Shown piece by piece: positions 18,505 through 28,390 of a DNA stretch of 59,872 nucleotides. The DNA lies in the NCBI GenBank assembly GCA_035687745.1, contig DASRVA010000183.1, positions 1-59,872 of the forward strand, written 5' to 3'. The stretch's first letter is position 1. Each line of letters begins with the position of its first letter. The notes below the pieces were generated by a model, which saw only the letters and a program-made list of their open reading frames with translations, was not told where the DNA came from and searched no databases. The position numbers and the translations under genes are program-made. The DNA comes from Gemmatimonadota bacterium. Its GTDB lineage: Bacteria > Gemmatimonadota > Gemmatimonadetes > JACCXV01 > JAHWKZ01.

Positions 18505-20217
18505 TCAGCGCCCCGCGGCGGCCAGCATCGTCCTGACGCCCTCGACGTTCAGCCGGACCCGGTAGAGCTCGCTCCGGGCGCATAGGTAGAGGGTCCGCCC
18601 GTCGGCGTCGCCCCACGCCATGTTGTGGACGTGGTTCGGGGTCCGGATCGTTCCCAGATGACGACCCTCCGGGGAGATGACCCAGAGACCGCCAGGCCCC
18701 GAGACATAGAGGTTCCCGATACGGTCCACCTTGACGCCGTCGATCGCGTCCTCACCCGGAGCCTCGGTCATGTCGAAGAAGACGCGCCCGTTCGACACGC
18801 TCGCATCGGGTGCGAGATCGTACGCCATCACGACCTTCCGCTTCTCGTCCCAGTTGCCGACATAGAGCGTCTTCTCGTCCGGCGACAGGGCGATCCCGTT
18901 GGGACCTTGGAGCTCGTCCGTGAGGAGCTTGAGCTCGCCCTCGTGGAGGGCATAGACGCCGCTGAAGGGGAGCTCCTTGCCGGGATCCTCGGTGAACTTG
19001 GGGAGGCCGAAGTAGGGATCTGTGATGAAGAGCGTCCCGTCCGATCGGTAGACGATGTCGTTGGGGCTGTTTAGGCGCTTCCCCTCGTAGCGGTCGGCGA
19101 GCACGGTCGTGACGCCGTTCCGCTCCTGACGGACCACGCGGCGGCGGCCGTGCTCGGCGATCGCGAGCCGGCCCTCGGGGTCGATGGCGAGCCCGTTCGA
19201 GCCGGGCTGCCGGTACTCCCCGATGTCGAAGCCGGCGTAGCCGCTCTTCGTGCGGTAGACGGAGACCTGGCCGTCCGGCGACCAGCGGTAGATCCGGTCG
19301 GCGTCGGGGTCGCTGAAGAGCAGGTACCCGTCGGGAGACCATACCGGCCCTTCGGTGAAGAGGAAGCCGGACCCGATCCGCTCGACGCGCGCGCCGGGGG
19401 GGACGGCGGCGTCCAGGGCCGGGTCCAGCCTTTCGATCTCGGCTTCGACCATCCGCTGGTCGGCGCCGAAACGCGGTGGATAGAACTCGAGCGTGGCCGA
19501 GCGGATCCAGATGAAGTTGCCGGGCGGATCCGAGAGCGGACCGTTGGCGCCGAAGACGGCGAGCTGGACGGTCTGGCCGGGTCGGGCATCGCTCGCGACG
19601 ACGACCCGGTTGGGGGCGTTCCACCCCTTGATGAGCGGCCCGCCGGTCTGGCCCAACGCGACCGGGAGCTTCCCGTCGATCCAGATCTCGGCATAGTCGT
19701 CGACCACGATCTCGAAGACTACCGTCGAGCCGGTCGGGTCGAAGCCGCCGATCCGCTCGGGGATCGTGAAGCGCATCCGGTACCAGTTGAACGAGAGCCG
19801 TCCCGTGCCGCGACGTCCCTCGAGAGAAGTGGGTTCCAGGACCTCCCACGCCGAGTCGTCGAAGTCGAGGCCGCCCGCCTTGGGCTCGATATCGTGGGTA
19901 CGGATCGGGTCGCCCGAAGGCCTCAGGTCCGCGCCCGGCGCCTGGTGATCGACCTCGACGATCGCAGCGTCGTGGTAGCGCCACGCGCCGCCGACCAGCG
20001 CCACGCCATCCGCCGTCCGCAGGTCGACGACCGCGACCGGCCTCAGCCCCGGCGCATCTTCCGTGACTTGAGCCGCGACGGCCCCGGGCGAAGCGAGCAC
20101 CGCCAGAGTGCCGAGCATGGGTATCGCGTGCGGGAAGAGAATTCGACGCGATCGATGAGCCGCGAAGAGGGTCATGTGGGATCCCCCGCCCGGTCGGTTA
20201 CGATGCAATTCGTTCAT
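18505..20217 (-). CDS. SMP-30/gluconolactonase with an N-terminal galactose-binding-like domain, exported
   Basis: FTEGPVW, GSNGLAID, RLNSPND, GPNGIALSPD, IDGVKVD. ATG 20217 overlaps the GMC stop; alternative ATG 20175. Confidence 0.9.
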   Translation of the reverse strand: MNELHRNRPGGGSHMTLFAAHRSRRILFPHAIPMLGTLAVLASPGAVAAQVTEDAPGLRPVAVVDLRTADGVALVGGAWRYHDAAIVEVDHQAPGADLRPSGDPIRTHDIEPKAGGLDFDDSAWEVLEPTSLEGRRGTGRLSFNWYRMRFTIPERIGGFDPTGSTVVFEIVVDDYAEIWIDGKLPVALGQTGGPLIKGWNAPNRVVVASDARPGQTVQLAVFGANGPLSDPPGNFIWIRSATLEFYPPRFGADQRMVEAEIERLDPALDAAVPPGARVERIGSGFLFTEGPVWSPDGYLLFSDPDADRIYRWSPDGQVSVYRTKSGYAGFDIGEYRQPGSNGLAIDPEGRLAIAEHGRRRVVRQERNGVTTVLADRYEGKRLNSPNDIVYRSDGTLFITDPYFGLPKFTEDPGKELPFSGVYALHEGELKLLTDELQGPNGIALSPDEKTLYVGNWDEKRKVVMAYDLAPDASVSNGRVFFDMTEAPGEDAIDGVKVDRIGNLYVSGPGGLWVISPEGRHLGTIRTPNHVHNMAWGDADGRTLYLCARSELYRVRLNVEGVRTMLAAAGR

Positions 20218-21785
20218 CCCAGTCTCTCCAGCAGGTGGTCGCCCACCCTGAGCGCGTTGGCGATGATCGTGAGCGCCGGATTCACCGCGCCCGACGAGGG
20301 GAAGAAGCTCCCGTCCACGACATAGAGGTTGTCGAGTTCGTGCGCCTTGCAGTTCCGGTCGAGGGCCGACGTCTTCGGATCGTTGCCGAAGCGGATCGTC
20401 CCGTTCTGGTGGGCCACGCCGGCGAGCGGGATCCGCTGACCCAGAAAGATGTTGCGGGAGAACAGGCCGACGTGGCAGTCGTGTCCGTGGACGGGGCACG
20501 CCCGCTGCTTCTGGAGGAGGTCCTTGAGCTTCGAGGTGAGCCGCTTGTGTCCCTCCTCGTTGTTCGGCTTGTACGCCAGGACGATGTTGCCCTCGCGGTC
20601 GAGGGAGACCCGGTTTTCGGGATCCGGGAGATCCTCCGAGGTGAGCCAGAAGTCGAGCGAGTGGGTGGCCATCGCCTCGAGCGTGAAGCCGGGCGCGATG
20701 GCGGGTGCGCCGGCTCGCAGGGTGTCGCGATCGAGCTTCCCGACGAACGAGATGTGGCCCATCGGGTACTCCCACTCGGGCGATCCGAAGTAGAAGTCGT
20801 TGACCGAGAGGGTCTTCTGGAAGACGGTCGGGTTGGGGCACTTCGAGATCGCCATCATGACCGAGTTCACGTGCCCCATGTAGTGGCGGCCGACAACGTC
20901 CGAGCCGTTCCCGAGTCCGCTGGGGTGCCTGTCGTTGGCGGATCGGAGCAGGAGGGCCGCCGAGTTGATGGCCCCGCACGCGACCGCGACCACGTCGGCC
21001 GTGAACGTCTCGGGGGCGCCATTCCGCTGAACGACCACGCGTTCCACCTCGCGCCCCGACCCGTTGGTCTCGAGCTTCGACACGTACGCGTCGGTCAAAA
21101 GGGTCACGTTGGGGTGCTGGAGGGCGGGGTCGACACAAAGGACCTGCGCGTCCGCCTTGGCGTACACGAGGCACGGATGGCCGTCGCAGGTCGAGCACCG
21201 GATGCACCGGCTCGCGCGCGGGTTCTTCTCGTCCAGCATGATCCCGAGCGGTGTGTGGAAGGGCCTCAGCCCCTGCGCCGCGAAGTCCTCGGCCAGGTGC
21301 TGGAGCCGAGGCTCGTGGCTCACCGCCGGGTGCGGGAAGGGCCCGGTCGCGCGCGGCTCGGTCGGATCCTCGCCGCGCTCGCCGTGGACCTGATAGAGCC
21401 GCTCGGCCTCCCCGTAATAAGGTTCCATGTCCTCGTACGAGACGGGCCAGGCGGGCGAGACGCCGCCGTGGTGTCGGATCTCGCCGAAGTCCTCCCTGCG
21501 CAGGCGGAAGAGAGCGGCGCCGTAGAACTTCGTGTTTCCGCCGACCCAGTAGTTGGTATGCGGGTGGAGGGGCTTCCCCTGGACGTCCCGCCAAACGTCC
21601 TTGGCGGTGTACCGCCCCTCGAGGTTGACCGCCCGCGTGCTCCAGTTGTCCTTCTCGCGCGGCACGTAGCTGCCGCGCTCGATGAGGAGGATCCGCTTTC
21701 CGGAGGGGGCCAGCCGCCAGGCGAGCGTGCCGCCCCCGGCGCCGGTCCCGATGATGATCGCGTCGTAGTGTCCGTTGCTCGTCAT
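20214..21785 (-). CDS. GMC family FAD oxidoreductase
   Basis: IIGTGAGGG, VGGNTKFYGA, HQNGT, NLYVVDGSFFPSSGAVNPALTIIANALR. Confidence 0.92.
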   Translation of the reverse strand: MTSNGHYDAIIIGTGAGGGTLAWRLAPSGKRILLIERGSYVPREKDNWSTRAVNLEGRYTAKDVWRDVQGKPLHPHTNYWVGGNTKFYGAALFRLRREDFGEIRHHGGVSPAWPVSYEDMEPYYGEAERLYQVHGERGEDPTEPRATGPFPHPAVSHEPRLQHLAEDFAAQGLRPFHTPLGIMLDEKNPRASRCIRCSTCDGHPCLVYAKADAQVLCVDPALQHPNVTLLTDAYVSKLETNGSGREVERVVVQRNGAPETFTADVVAVACGAINSAALLLRSANDRHPSGLGNGSDVVGRHYMGHVNSVMMAISKCPNPTVFQKTLSVNDFYFGSPEWEYPMGHISFVGKLDRDTLRAGAPAIAPGFTLEAMATHSLDFWLTSEDLPDPENRVSLDREGNIVLAYKPNNEEGHKRLTSKLKDLLQKQRACPVHGHDCHVGLFSRNIFLGQRIPLAGVAHQNGTIRFGNDPKTSALDRNCKAHELDNLYVVDGSFFPSSGAVNPALTIIANALRVGDHLLERLG

Positions 21786-21820
21786 GCTCGGTGTCCTGTC
21801 GTGATGGGTTCCCGGTCTGG

Positions 21821-21846
21821 AATGATCTCCGGGGGTCCCGGGTTCC
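21821..21846 (-). promoter_or_regulatory. ECF-type promoter GGAACC-N16-CATT upstream of the GMC gene
   Basis: GGAACC cgggacccccggagat CATT. Confidence 0.8.
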
Positions 21847-21869
21847 CGGTCCCGCCGGGCTCCCGGAAT

Positions 21870-23213
21870 TCAGACGGGACGGGAGGCCGGGAGAGGCTCC
21901 GCGACGGGCGCCGGAGGGGCACCCATGGGCAGCGGGGCAGCGAGGGCCGGCCTCTCGGTCGGGATCTGGGTCAGGTCCTTGGAGAAGAGGAGGTCGAGGG
22001 TCCAGTCGAGGACGACCCGTACCCGGCGCTCGAAGCGAGGGAGCTTCATCAGGTAGACGGAGCGCCAGAGCCACCACGCCAGGAAGCCCGAGAACGAGAA
22101 GCCGAACATCCGGGCGACCCCGGTCCGGCGGCCGGTGGCGGCCAGGAGTCCAAGGGTCGAAAACTGGAACGGCTCGAGCGGCCGGACGAGCTCACTCGCG
22201 GCCAGGTTCGCGGCCAGCACCTTGGCCTGCCGGATAGCGTGCTGAGCGGTCGGCGGATGGAACCCGCCCCGGCGCGTGTCCGGGACGGCCGCGCAGTCCC
22301 CGAGCGCCCACACCCCTTGCCATTCGGGGACCCTCAGCATGGGATCGACGCGGATCCGGCCGCGCTCGGTGGCGCAGGGAAGGCCGGCCACGAGCGGGTT
22401 GGGCGCGACCCCGGCCGTCCAGACGATCGTTCCGGCCCGCACCGCGCTGCCGTCCCCGAGGACGACCTGGTCCCCCTCCACGCGCAGGACGGCGGTCTGG
22501 GTGCGCACGTCGATCCCGCGCTCCCCGAGGACACGGCGCGTGTACTCGCCCAGCTCCGGACCCAGCTCGGGCAGGATCGCCGGAGCCGCTTCGACCAGGA
22601 CGACATGGATCAGCTCCTCCGACAGATGCGGGTAGTGGCGCACGGCGTCGTGGAGGAAGTCGTGCACCGCCGCCACGGTCTCGACGCCGGCGAAGCCGCC
22701 GCCGGCCACAAGAACGGTCAGGAGCGTGCTCCGATCCCCGCTCGCGCACTCGTAGTCGGCCTCCTCGAGGAGCGAGATCAAGCGGTTCCTCAAGCCGATC
22801 GCGTCGGCCAGCGACTTCATCGTGAGCGCGCGCTCGGCCAGCCCGGGCAGGCCGAAGAAGTTGGTCACGCTCCCGAGGGCAAGGACGAGATGCTCGTACG
22901 GGAGATCGTGGCGGTGGGATCCGCCGGCATGGGAGACGGCGACCCGCCGCTCCTCGAGGTCGATCTCCTCGACCTCGCCCACGACGAGCTTGCACTCCCG
23001 GATGAGCTTCCGGAGAGGGTTCACGATGTGGGTCACGTCCAGGTCGCTGGCCGCGACCTCGTGCAGCATCGGGGTGAAGAGGAGGAAGTTGTCACGGCTC
23101 ACGAGCGTGATGTCGAGGGACACGCCGGCATGCGCCTGGCGCTCGAGATGCCGGGCGGCGTAGAGGCCGCCGAAGCCGCCACCGAGGATGACCACCCGCG
23201 CGGGGGGTTTCAT
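21870..23213 (-). CDS. ndh: Type II NADH dehydrogenase (NDH-2)
   Basis: ATG 23213 overlaps the debranching-enzyme stop. VILGGGFGG, FTPMLHEVA, GGGFAGVE, ALGDCA, PPTAQHA. Confidence 0.88.
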   Translation of the reverse strand: MKPPARVVILGGGFGGLYAARHLERQAHAGVSLDITLVSRDNFLLFTPMLHEVAASDLDVTHIVNPLRKLIRECKLVVGEVEEIDLEERRVAVSHAGGSHRHDLPYEHLVLALGSVTNFFGLPGLAERALTMKSLADAIGLRNRLISLLEEADYECASGDRSTLLTVLVAGGGFAGVETVAAVHDFLHDAVRHYPHLSEELIHVVLVEAAPAILPELGPELGEYTRRVLGERGIDVRTQTAVLRVEGDQVVLGDGSAVRAGTIVWTAGVAPNPLVAGLPCATERGRIRVDPMLRVPEWQGVWALGDCAAVPDTRRGGFHPPTAQHAIRQAKVLAANLAASELVRPLEPFQFSTLGLLAATGRRTGVARMFGFSFSGFLAWWLWRSVYLMKLPRFERRVRVVLDWTLDLLFSKDLTQIPTERPALAAPLPMGAPPAPVAEPLPASRPV

Positions 23214-25222
23214 GCGCGAACCCTCCGGGGCGCGGACGCGCGAGCCCGGTTGGGCACGGCCAGGAGATCCAGGTCGAGACGCAAGGCCTCGCCGACCGAC
23301 CAGGCCTGGAACGGGCAGCCGCGTGGCGTGTGGGGTGGCTCGGCGTCGGCGATCTCGGAGATGTGGCCGAGACCGGCCGATTCCAGGTGGTCGAGAAGCG
23401 GCGCGAGAAAACGGCGGCGCGCTTCGAGCCGAGCCTGGACGCCGCCCCCCCGCACGCGCACCCAAGCCTCCACGAAGGGACCGAGGAGCCACGGCCAGAC
23501 GGTGCCCTGGTGATAGGCGCTGTCCCGTGCCACGGGATCGCCCTCGTAGTGCGGCCGATAGCCAGCCTCCTCGGGCGCCAGGGAGCGCAGCCCGAGCGGC
23601 GTCCAGAGCCGGCCCTCGACGGCGTCCACGACCTGCCGGGCCCGCTCGCCGTCCAGGACCGGATAGGGGAGGCCCCCCACCGCGAGGATCTGGTTGGGCC
23701 GGAACGTCGGATCCACCGCGCCCGTGCGGCCGTCCGGGTCGACCACGTCGTGGAGCCACCCGGACGGGTTCCAGAAGCGCTCGGAGAATGCGGTGCGCCC
23801 GGCCTCGATCAGGTCGCGCCAGCGCGGCGATCGCGCCGCCCCCACCTCGAGCGCGTTCAGCCACAGCGCTTGGACCTCGACGGGCTTGCCGATCCGTGGG
23901 GTCACGACCCAGTCGCCGATCCGGGCGTCCATCCAGGTGAGCTGGACTCCGGGCTCGCCGGCGGCGAGGAGACCGTCCGAGTCGAGGCGGATGCCGTAGC
24001 GGGTACCGCCTTGGTACCCCTCCAGGATCCGCTCGACGGCGGTCAGGAGCGCATCCCGCTCCGGCCCCGGGATCCGGCGCCGTCGGCGCTTCGCCGCCGT
24101 CAGGTAGTCGTGCACGCCGACCGCGTACCAGAGCGACGCGTCGACCGCATTGAACTCGGGGGCGTCGCCCGAGTCCACAAAGCGGTTGGGTAGCATCCCC
24201 TGGCTCACGGCCCCGGCCCACTCGAGGAGGATCGCGCGGGCCTCGGAGAGGCGACCGGTCGCGAGGCAGAGGCCGCGGATCGCGATGAAGGTGTCGCGCC
24301 CCCAGTCGGTGAACCACGGATAGCCGGCCACGATCGTCCGGCCGCGACCGCGGCGGACGAGATAGACGTCGGCGGCGCGCTCGAGCGGTGTCGAGAAAGC
24401 CGCGCGCCGCTTCCGCTCGCGGTCGAAGGCCCGTCGGGCTTCGACCAGAGGTGAGGACCGGCGGGGGGCCGATGCGCCGTTCTCGGCCGGATTGGCCAGG
24501 GGCCCGACAAGCCCCTCGAGCACGAGCGCGGCCTCGCCGCTCGCAAGATCCCACGTCAGAACACCCGGCGAGGCGAGATCCTCCCGGAAGTCGTGGCCCC
24601 GCGCGCGCTCTTCCGCGTACAGGAAATCCCGATACCAGAGCGGATCGTGGGCGTAGGTCGCGTTGGCACGGACCGCGATCCCGGGGACCCCGTCGTACGG
24701 GCGCCATACCAGGTGCCCGCCGAGAGTCGCGGGCTCGAAGCGGAAGGCGGGGTTCTCGTGATGGAGCGCGTGGTAGTCCCGACCCGAGAGGAGAAGCCGC
24801 GCCACGAGACGCATCCCCTCGGTGGGACGGCGGGCCTGCCACCGGACCACGACGCGCGGGGCGTCATGGACGGCGACGACCTCCTGATCGATCTCCAGCC
24901 CGCTCTCCAGCCGATACCGCCAGCGCGGCCAGGGGCTCCAGGCGAAGTTGACGATCCGCGATGGGCTGTCCGGGACCCGGACGTCCGGCAGGTAGCGCTG
25001 GGCGGTCAGCGGGTGGCGCTCGCCACCTGACTCCACCCAGGCGTCGAGCCCGTTGACGAGCATGTACCGCCCGGTGGGAGGCGTGGCGGCCACCAGGAGG
25101 AGCGCGTGGTAGCGCCGCGTCCGCTCGCCTCCGACCGTCCCCGACGCGAAGCCGCCGAGGCCGTCGGCCTCGAGCCACTCGGCATCCAGGTTGTAGCCGG
25201 GGACGACCGGACGGTCAGGCAC
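23210..25222 (-). CDS. Glycogen debranching enzyme (amylo-alpha-1,6-glucosidase, GH133-like) with N-terminal domain
   Basis: EWLEADGLGGFASGT, TRRYHALL, AGYPWFTDWGRDT, LTWMDA, GKPVEVQALW, YHQGTVWPW, GCPFQAWSV. Confidence 0.93.
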   Translation of the reverse strand: MPDRPVVPGYNLDAEWLEADGLGGFASGTVGGERTRRYHALLLVAATPPTGRYMLVNGLDAWVESGGERHPLTAQRYLPDVRVPDSPSRIVNFAWSPWPRWRYRLESGLEIDQEVVAVHDAPRVVVRWQARRPTEGMRLVARLLLSGRDYHALHHENPAFRFEPATLGGHLVWRPYDGVPGIAVRANATYAHDPLWYRDFLYAEERARGHDFREDLASPGVLTWDLASGEAALVLEGLVGPLANPAENGASAPRRSSPLVEARRAFDRERKRRAAFSTPLERAADVYLVRRGRGRTIVAGYPWFTDWGRDTFIAIRGLCLATGRLSEARAILLEWAGAVSQGMLPNRFVDSGDAPEFNAVDASLWYAVGVHDYLTAAKRRRRRIPGPERDALLTAVERILEGYQGGTRYGIRLDSDGLLAAGEPGVQLTWMDARIGDWVVTPRIGKPVEVQALWLNALEVGAARSPRWRDLIEAGRTAFSERFWNPSGWLHDVVDPDGRTGAVDPTFRPNQILAVGGLPYPVLDGERARQVVDAVEGRLWTPLGLRSLAPEEAGYRPHYEGDPVARDSAYHQGTVWPWLLGPFVEAWVRVRGGGVQARLEARRRFLAPLLDHLESAGLGHISEIADAEPPHTPRGCPFQAWSVGEALRLDLDLLAVPNRARASAPRRVRA

Positions 25223-27920
25223 GGACGGCTGCCCTCCTCTGCGGGCGGGCGCTTGCCGGAGCGCGCTCTCGCGCCAGGTCCATCAGGAGCGGCGCCACGA
25301 GGGCGGTCCAGCCGGTCTGGTGGCTCGCTCCCACTCCCCGTCCCGTGTCGGCGTGAAAGTACTCGTAGAAGAGGACGAGCTCCCGCCAGTGAGGATCCTC
25401 GGCGTAGCGCGCCTCGGCCCCGTGGACGGGGCGCCGACCTTCGGGATCCCGCAGGAAAATGCTCGAGAGCCGGCGCTGGATCTCGCGCGCCGCTTCCTGC
25501 AAGGTGACCCGCGTCCCGCTCCCCGTCGGGCACTCGACCAGGAGCGAGTCGCCGTAGAAATGGTGGTACCGCTCGAGCGCCTCGACGAGCAGGAAGTTCA
25601 TCGGGAACCAGATCGGGCCCCGCCAGTTCGAGTTGCCACCAAAGACCGAGATGTTGGACTCGCCGGGCACGTACTCGACCCTGTACTCGTGGCCGTCGAG
25701 GCTTAGCACGAAGGGCCGCTCTCGGTGGACGAGCGAGACGGAGCGGATCCCGTACGGCGACAGGAACTCCCTCTCGTCGAGGAGATAGCCGAGCACCCGC
25801 TCCAGCCGCTCACGGGTCGGAATCGCCAACAGCCGGTGCCCGTGCCGCTCCTCGCCCGACAGTATGGGGCAGGCGATCGAGCGGGCCAGGTCGGGGCGGT
25901 TCTCGCGGAACCACTCGAAGCGCTTCATGAATCCCGGCAGCCGCGCGAGCACGTCCGACTCCAGGATCTCGCACGCGAACAGCGGCGCCAGCCCGACCAG
26001 CGACCGGACGCGCATCGGCGTACGAACGCCAAGCACGTGAAGCTGATCGTAATAGAAGCCGTCCTGGTCGTCCCAGAGGCCGCTCCCTCCGAGGGTGTTC
26101 ATGGCATCGGCGATGGCCATGAAGTGCTCGAGGAACTTGGACGCGATGTCCTCGTACGCGGGATCCTCGGCGGCGAGCTCGAGGGCCATCGACAGCATGG
26201 TCGCGCAGTAGAACGCCATCCACGCCGTCCCATCGGCCTGCTCGAGGTGTCCCCCCGAAGGGAGCGGCTGGGAGCGGTCGAAGACGCCGATGTTGTCGAG
26301 ACCCAGGAACCCTCCGGCGAAGAGGTGCCGTCCCTCCACGTCCTTCCTGTTGACCCACCACGTGAAGTTCAGGAGGAGCTTCTGAAACGTGCGCTCGAGG
26401 AACAGCCGGTCCCGCTGCCCACGGGGCCCGGTCATTTTGTAGACGCGCCAGCAGGCCCAGGCATGGACGGGCGGGTTCACGTCCCCGAAGGCGAACTCGT
26501 AGGCCGGGATCTGGCCGTTGGGATGCATGTACCACTCGCGCAGGAACAGGACGAGCTGCTCCTTGGCGAATTCCGGGTCGAGCCGCGCGAACGGGGCCGT
26601 GTGGAAGGCAAGGTCCCAGGCCGCGTACCATGGATACTCCCACTTGTCGCACATCGAGATGACGTCGCGGTTGTAGAGATGCGGCCAGTCGGCGTTGCGG
26701 CCGCGACGGCGGCCGGCGGGCGGCGGGGGCTGCGCGGGGTCGCCCTCAAGCCACTGGTCGACGGCGTAGTAGTAGAACTGCTTGGACCAGAGGAGCCCCG
26801 CGCGGGCCTGGCGCAGGACGGCGCGCTCGTCGGCCGTGGCAGCGGGTGGCGTGATCGAATCGTGATAGCGATCCGCCTGCTCCATGCGGGCCTTCAGGGT
26901 GCGGTTGAACGGGGCGCCGAACGGTGGTTCGGCCAGTGCCCTCTCCGCACGCAGCCGGAGCCGGAGGACGGCGGATTCGCCCGGCTTGACCTGCAGCCGG
27001 TACCAGACTGCGGCCTTGGTCCCGGTCTCTCCGGGATTGACCGCGTCCACGACGTCGTCGACCACCGCGCGGTGGAAGGCGTCCTTGACGAACGGGGTCG
27101 GGTTGGGGGTGCTGTAGAGCCGCTCGAGGTTGGTCTCGTTCTCGGTGAACAGGAGCTGCGGCGCCTTCCGGTCCGGCCCGCGGGCGGCGCTCAACCGATA
27201 GCGGCCGAGCTCGGCGTGCTCGGCGACCACGTCGTCGCCCTCCCGCCACAGGTGAGGTCGCTCGGGGTACCCCTCGCCGGTCCGCCCCCACGACCAGGTG
27301 TTCCGGAACCAGATCGTGGGCAGGACGTGGATGGCGGCCGTCTCGGGGCCCCGGTTCGAGATCGTGAGTCGGATCAGGAGGTCCTCGGGGTCGGCCTTGG
27401 CGTATTCGGCCAGGACGTCGAAATAGCGCTCACCCTCGAAGACGCCGCTGTCCAGAAGCTCGAACTCCGGATCGAGAAGCCCGCGCCGGTGGCCCTCCTC
27501 GACCAGCCGGGCGTAGGGGAACTCGGCCTGCGGGTACTTGTAGAGGGCCTTCATGTACGAGTGGGTGGGGGTCGAGTCGAGGTAGTAGTAGCACTCCTTG
27601 ACGTCCTCGCCGTGGTTGCCCTCGGGGCCGGTCAGTCCGAACAGCCGTTCCTTGAGGATCGGGTCACGCTCGTTCCAGAGCGCGAGGGCGAACGCCAGCC
27701 GACACTGCCGGTCGCAGATCCCCAGCAACCCGTCCTCGCCCCAGCGATAGGCGCGGCTGCGGGCGTGGTCGTGCGGGAAATAGCTCCACACCGACCCGTC
27801 GGCGGAGTAGTCCTCCCGAACCGTGGCCCATTGGCGCTCCGACAGGTAGGGGCCCCACCTCTTCCAATGGCGCTCACGGCGCTTGTCCTCCTCGAGCCGG
27901 GCGTGCTCCTCGGTAGCCAA
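25215..27920 (-). CDS. GH63/MGH1-like glycoside hydrolase (glucosidase)
   Basis: TTG start after [61 protein letters not shown]. Confidence 0.88.
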   Translation of the reverse strand: MATEEHARLEEDKRRERHWKRWGPYLSERQWATVREDYSADGSVWSYFPHDHARSRAYRWGEDGLLGICDRQCRLAFALALWNERDPILKERLFGLTGPEGNHGEDVKECYYYLDSTPTHSYMKALYKYPQAEFPYARLVEEGHRRGLLDPEFELLDSGVFEGERYFDVLAEYAKADPEDLLIRLTISNRGPETAAIHVLPTIWFRNTWSWGRTGEGYPERPHLWREGDDVVAEHAELGRYRLSAARGPDRKAPQLLFTENETNLERLYSTPNPTPFVKDAFHRAVVDDVVDAVNPGETGTKAAVWYRLQVKPGESAVLRLRLRAERALAEPPFGAPFNRTLKARMEQADRYHDSITPPAATADERAVLRQARAGLLWSKQFYYYAVDQWLEGDPAQPPPPAGRRRGRNADWPHLYNRDVISMCDKWEYPWYAAWDLAFHTAPFARLDPEFAKEQLVLFLREWYMHPNGQIPAYEFAFGDVNPPVHAWACWRVYKMTGPRGQRDRLFLERTFQKLLLNFTWWVNRKDVEGRHLFAGGFLGLDNIGVFDRSQPLPSGGHLEQADGTAWMAFYCATMLSMALELAAEDPAYEDIASKFLEHFMAIADAMNTLGGSGLWDDQDGFYYDQLHVLGVRTPMRVRSLVGLAPLFACEILESDVLARLPGFMKRFEWFRENRPDLARSIACPILSGEERHGHRLLAIPTRERLERVLGYLLDEREFLSPYGIRSVSLVHRERPFVLSLDGHEYRVEYVPGESNISVFGGNSNWRGPIWFPMNFLLVEALERYHHFYGDSLLVECPTGSGTRVTLQEAAREIQRRLSSIFLRDPEGRRPVHGAEARYAEDPHWRELVLFYEYFHADTGRGVGASHQTGWTALVAPLLMDLARERAPASARPQRRAAVRA

Positions 27921-28006
27921 ATCGGATTCCCTCCGGACTGGGGTGATGCGCGGTCGGGCGCGCTCGTCGGGCGCCGGGGCGCGACGACGGGCGGATCGAT
28001 TCCCCG

Positions 28007-28032
28007 AATGTCGGTGGCTCTTGGTGGGTTCC
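28007..28032 (-). promoter_or_regulatory. ECF-type promoter GGAACC-N16-CATT upstream of the GH63 gene
   Basis: GGAACC caccaagagccaccga CATT. Confidence 0.8.
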
Positions 28033-28068
28033 CGGAAGGGGTCCTGGCCGCGGGGACGCGGACGCCCG

Positions 28069-28332
28069 CTAGGAGGGTTCTTCCCCGGATTCCAGGCTGT
28101 CTAGGAGCCTGCGCACCTTGGCCCTCAGCGTGTCGGGCATCGTGATGCGCCGCAAGGAGCTCTTGATCTCACGCAGGAAGGTCATCTCGAACGCGTACTC
28201 GTGAGCGCACTCCGCACAGTCGTCGAGGTGCTCCTCGACCCGTGCGATCTCCTCCGCGGACAGCTCTCGATCGACGTAATCGTTGAGCCGCCGGAAGACC
28301 TGTTCGCACGTATAGCGACTGCCGTCGATCAT
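28069..28332 (-). CDS. Zinc-binding (ZAS, zf-HC2) anti-sigma factor, RshA/RsrA-like, soluble
   Basis: TCEQVFRRLNDYVDREL...HLDDCAEC (Cys plus HxxxCxxC), MPDTLRAKV; no TM helix. Confidence 0.88.
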   Translation of the reverse strand: MIDGSRYTCEQVFRRLNDYVDRELSAEEIARVEEHLDDCAECAHEYAFEMTFLREIKSSLRRITMPDTLRAKVRRLLDSLESGEEPS

Positions 28333-28390
28333 GGGTAGGCAGCCACGATATCCCGTGGGTCCATCTCTGAGCAATGGTCGTGCCGGGAGA

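Noticed and set aside
20218-22077. Apparent 1190-aa gluconolactonase and 990-aa NDH-2 (21870-24842) fusions in the ORF track
   Set aside because: The upstream extensions are Arg/Pro/Gly-rich alternative frames overlapping the GMC and debranching genes. The real starts are at ATGA overlaps (20217 and 23213).
20235-23513. 1092-aa plus-strand ORF and similar long antisense ORFs (459-1733, 25725-28145, 44193-46250, 52069-53856, 56184-57863)
   Set aside because: Each mirrors a well-supported gene on the opposite strand and has no recognisable domain.
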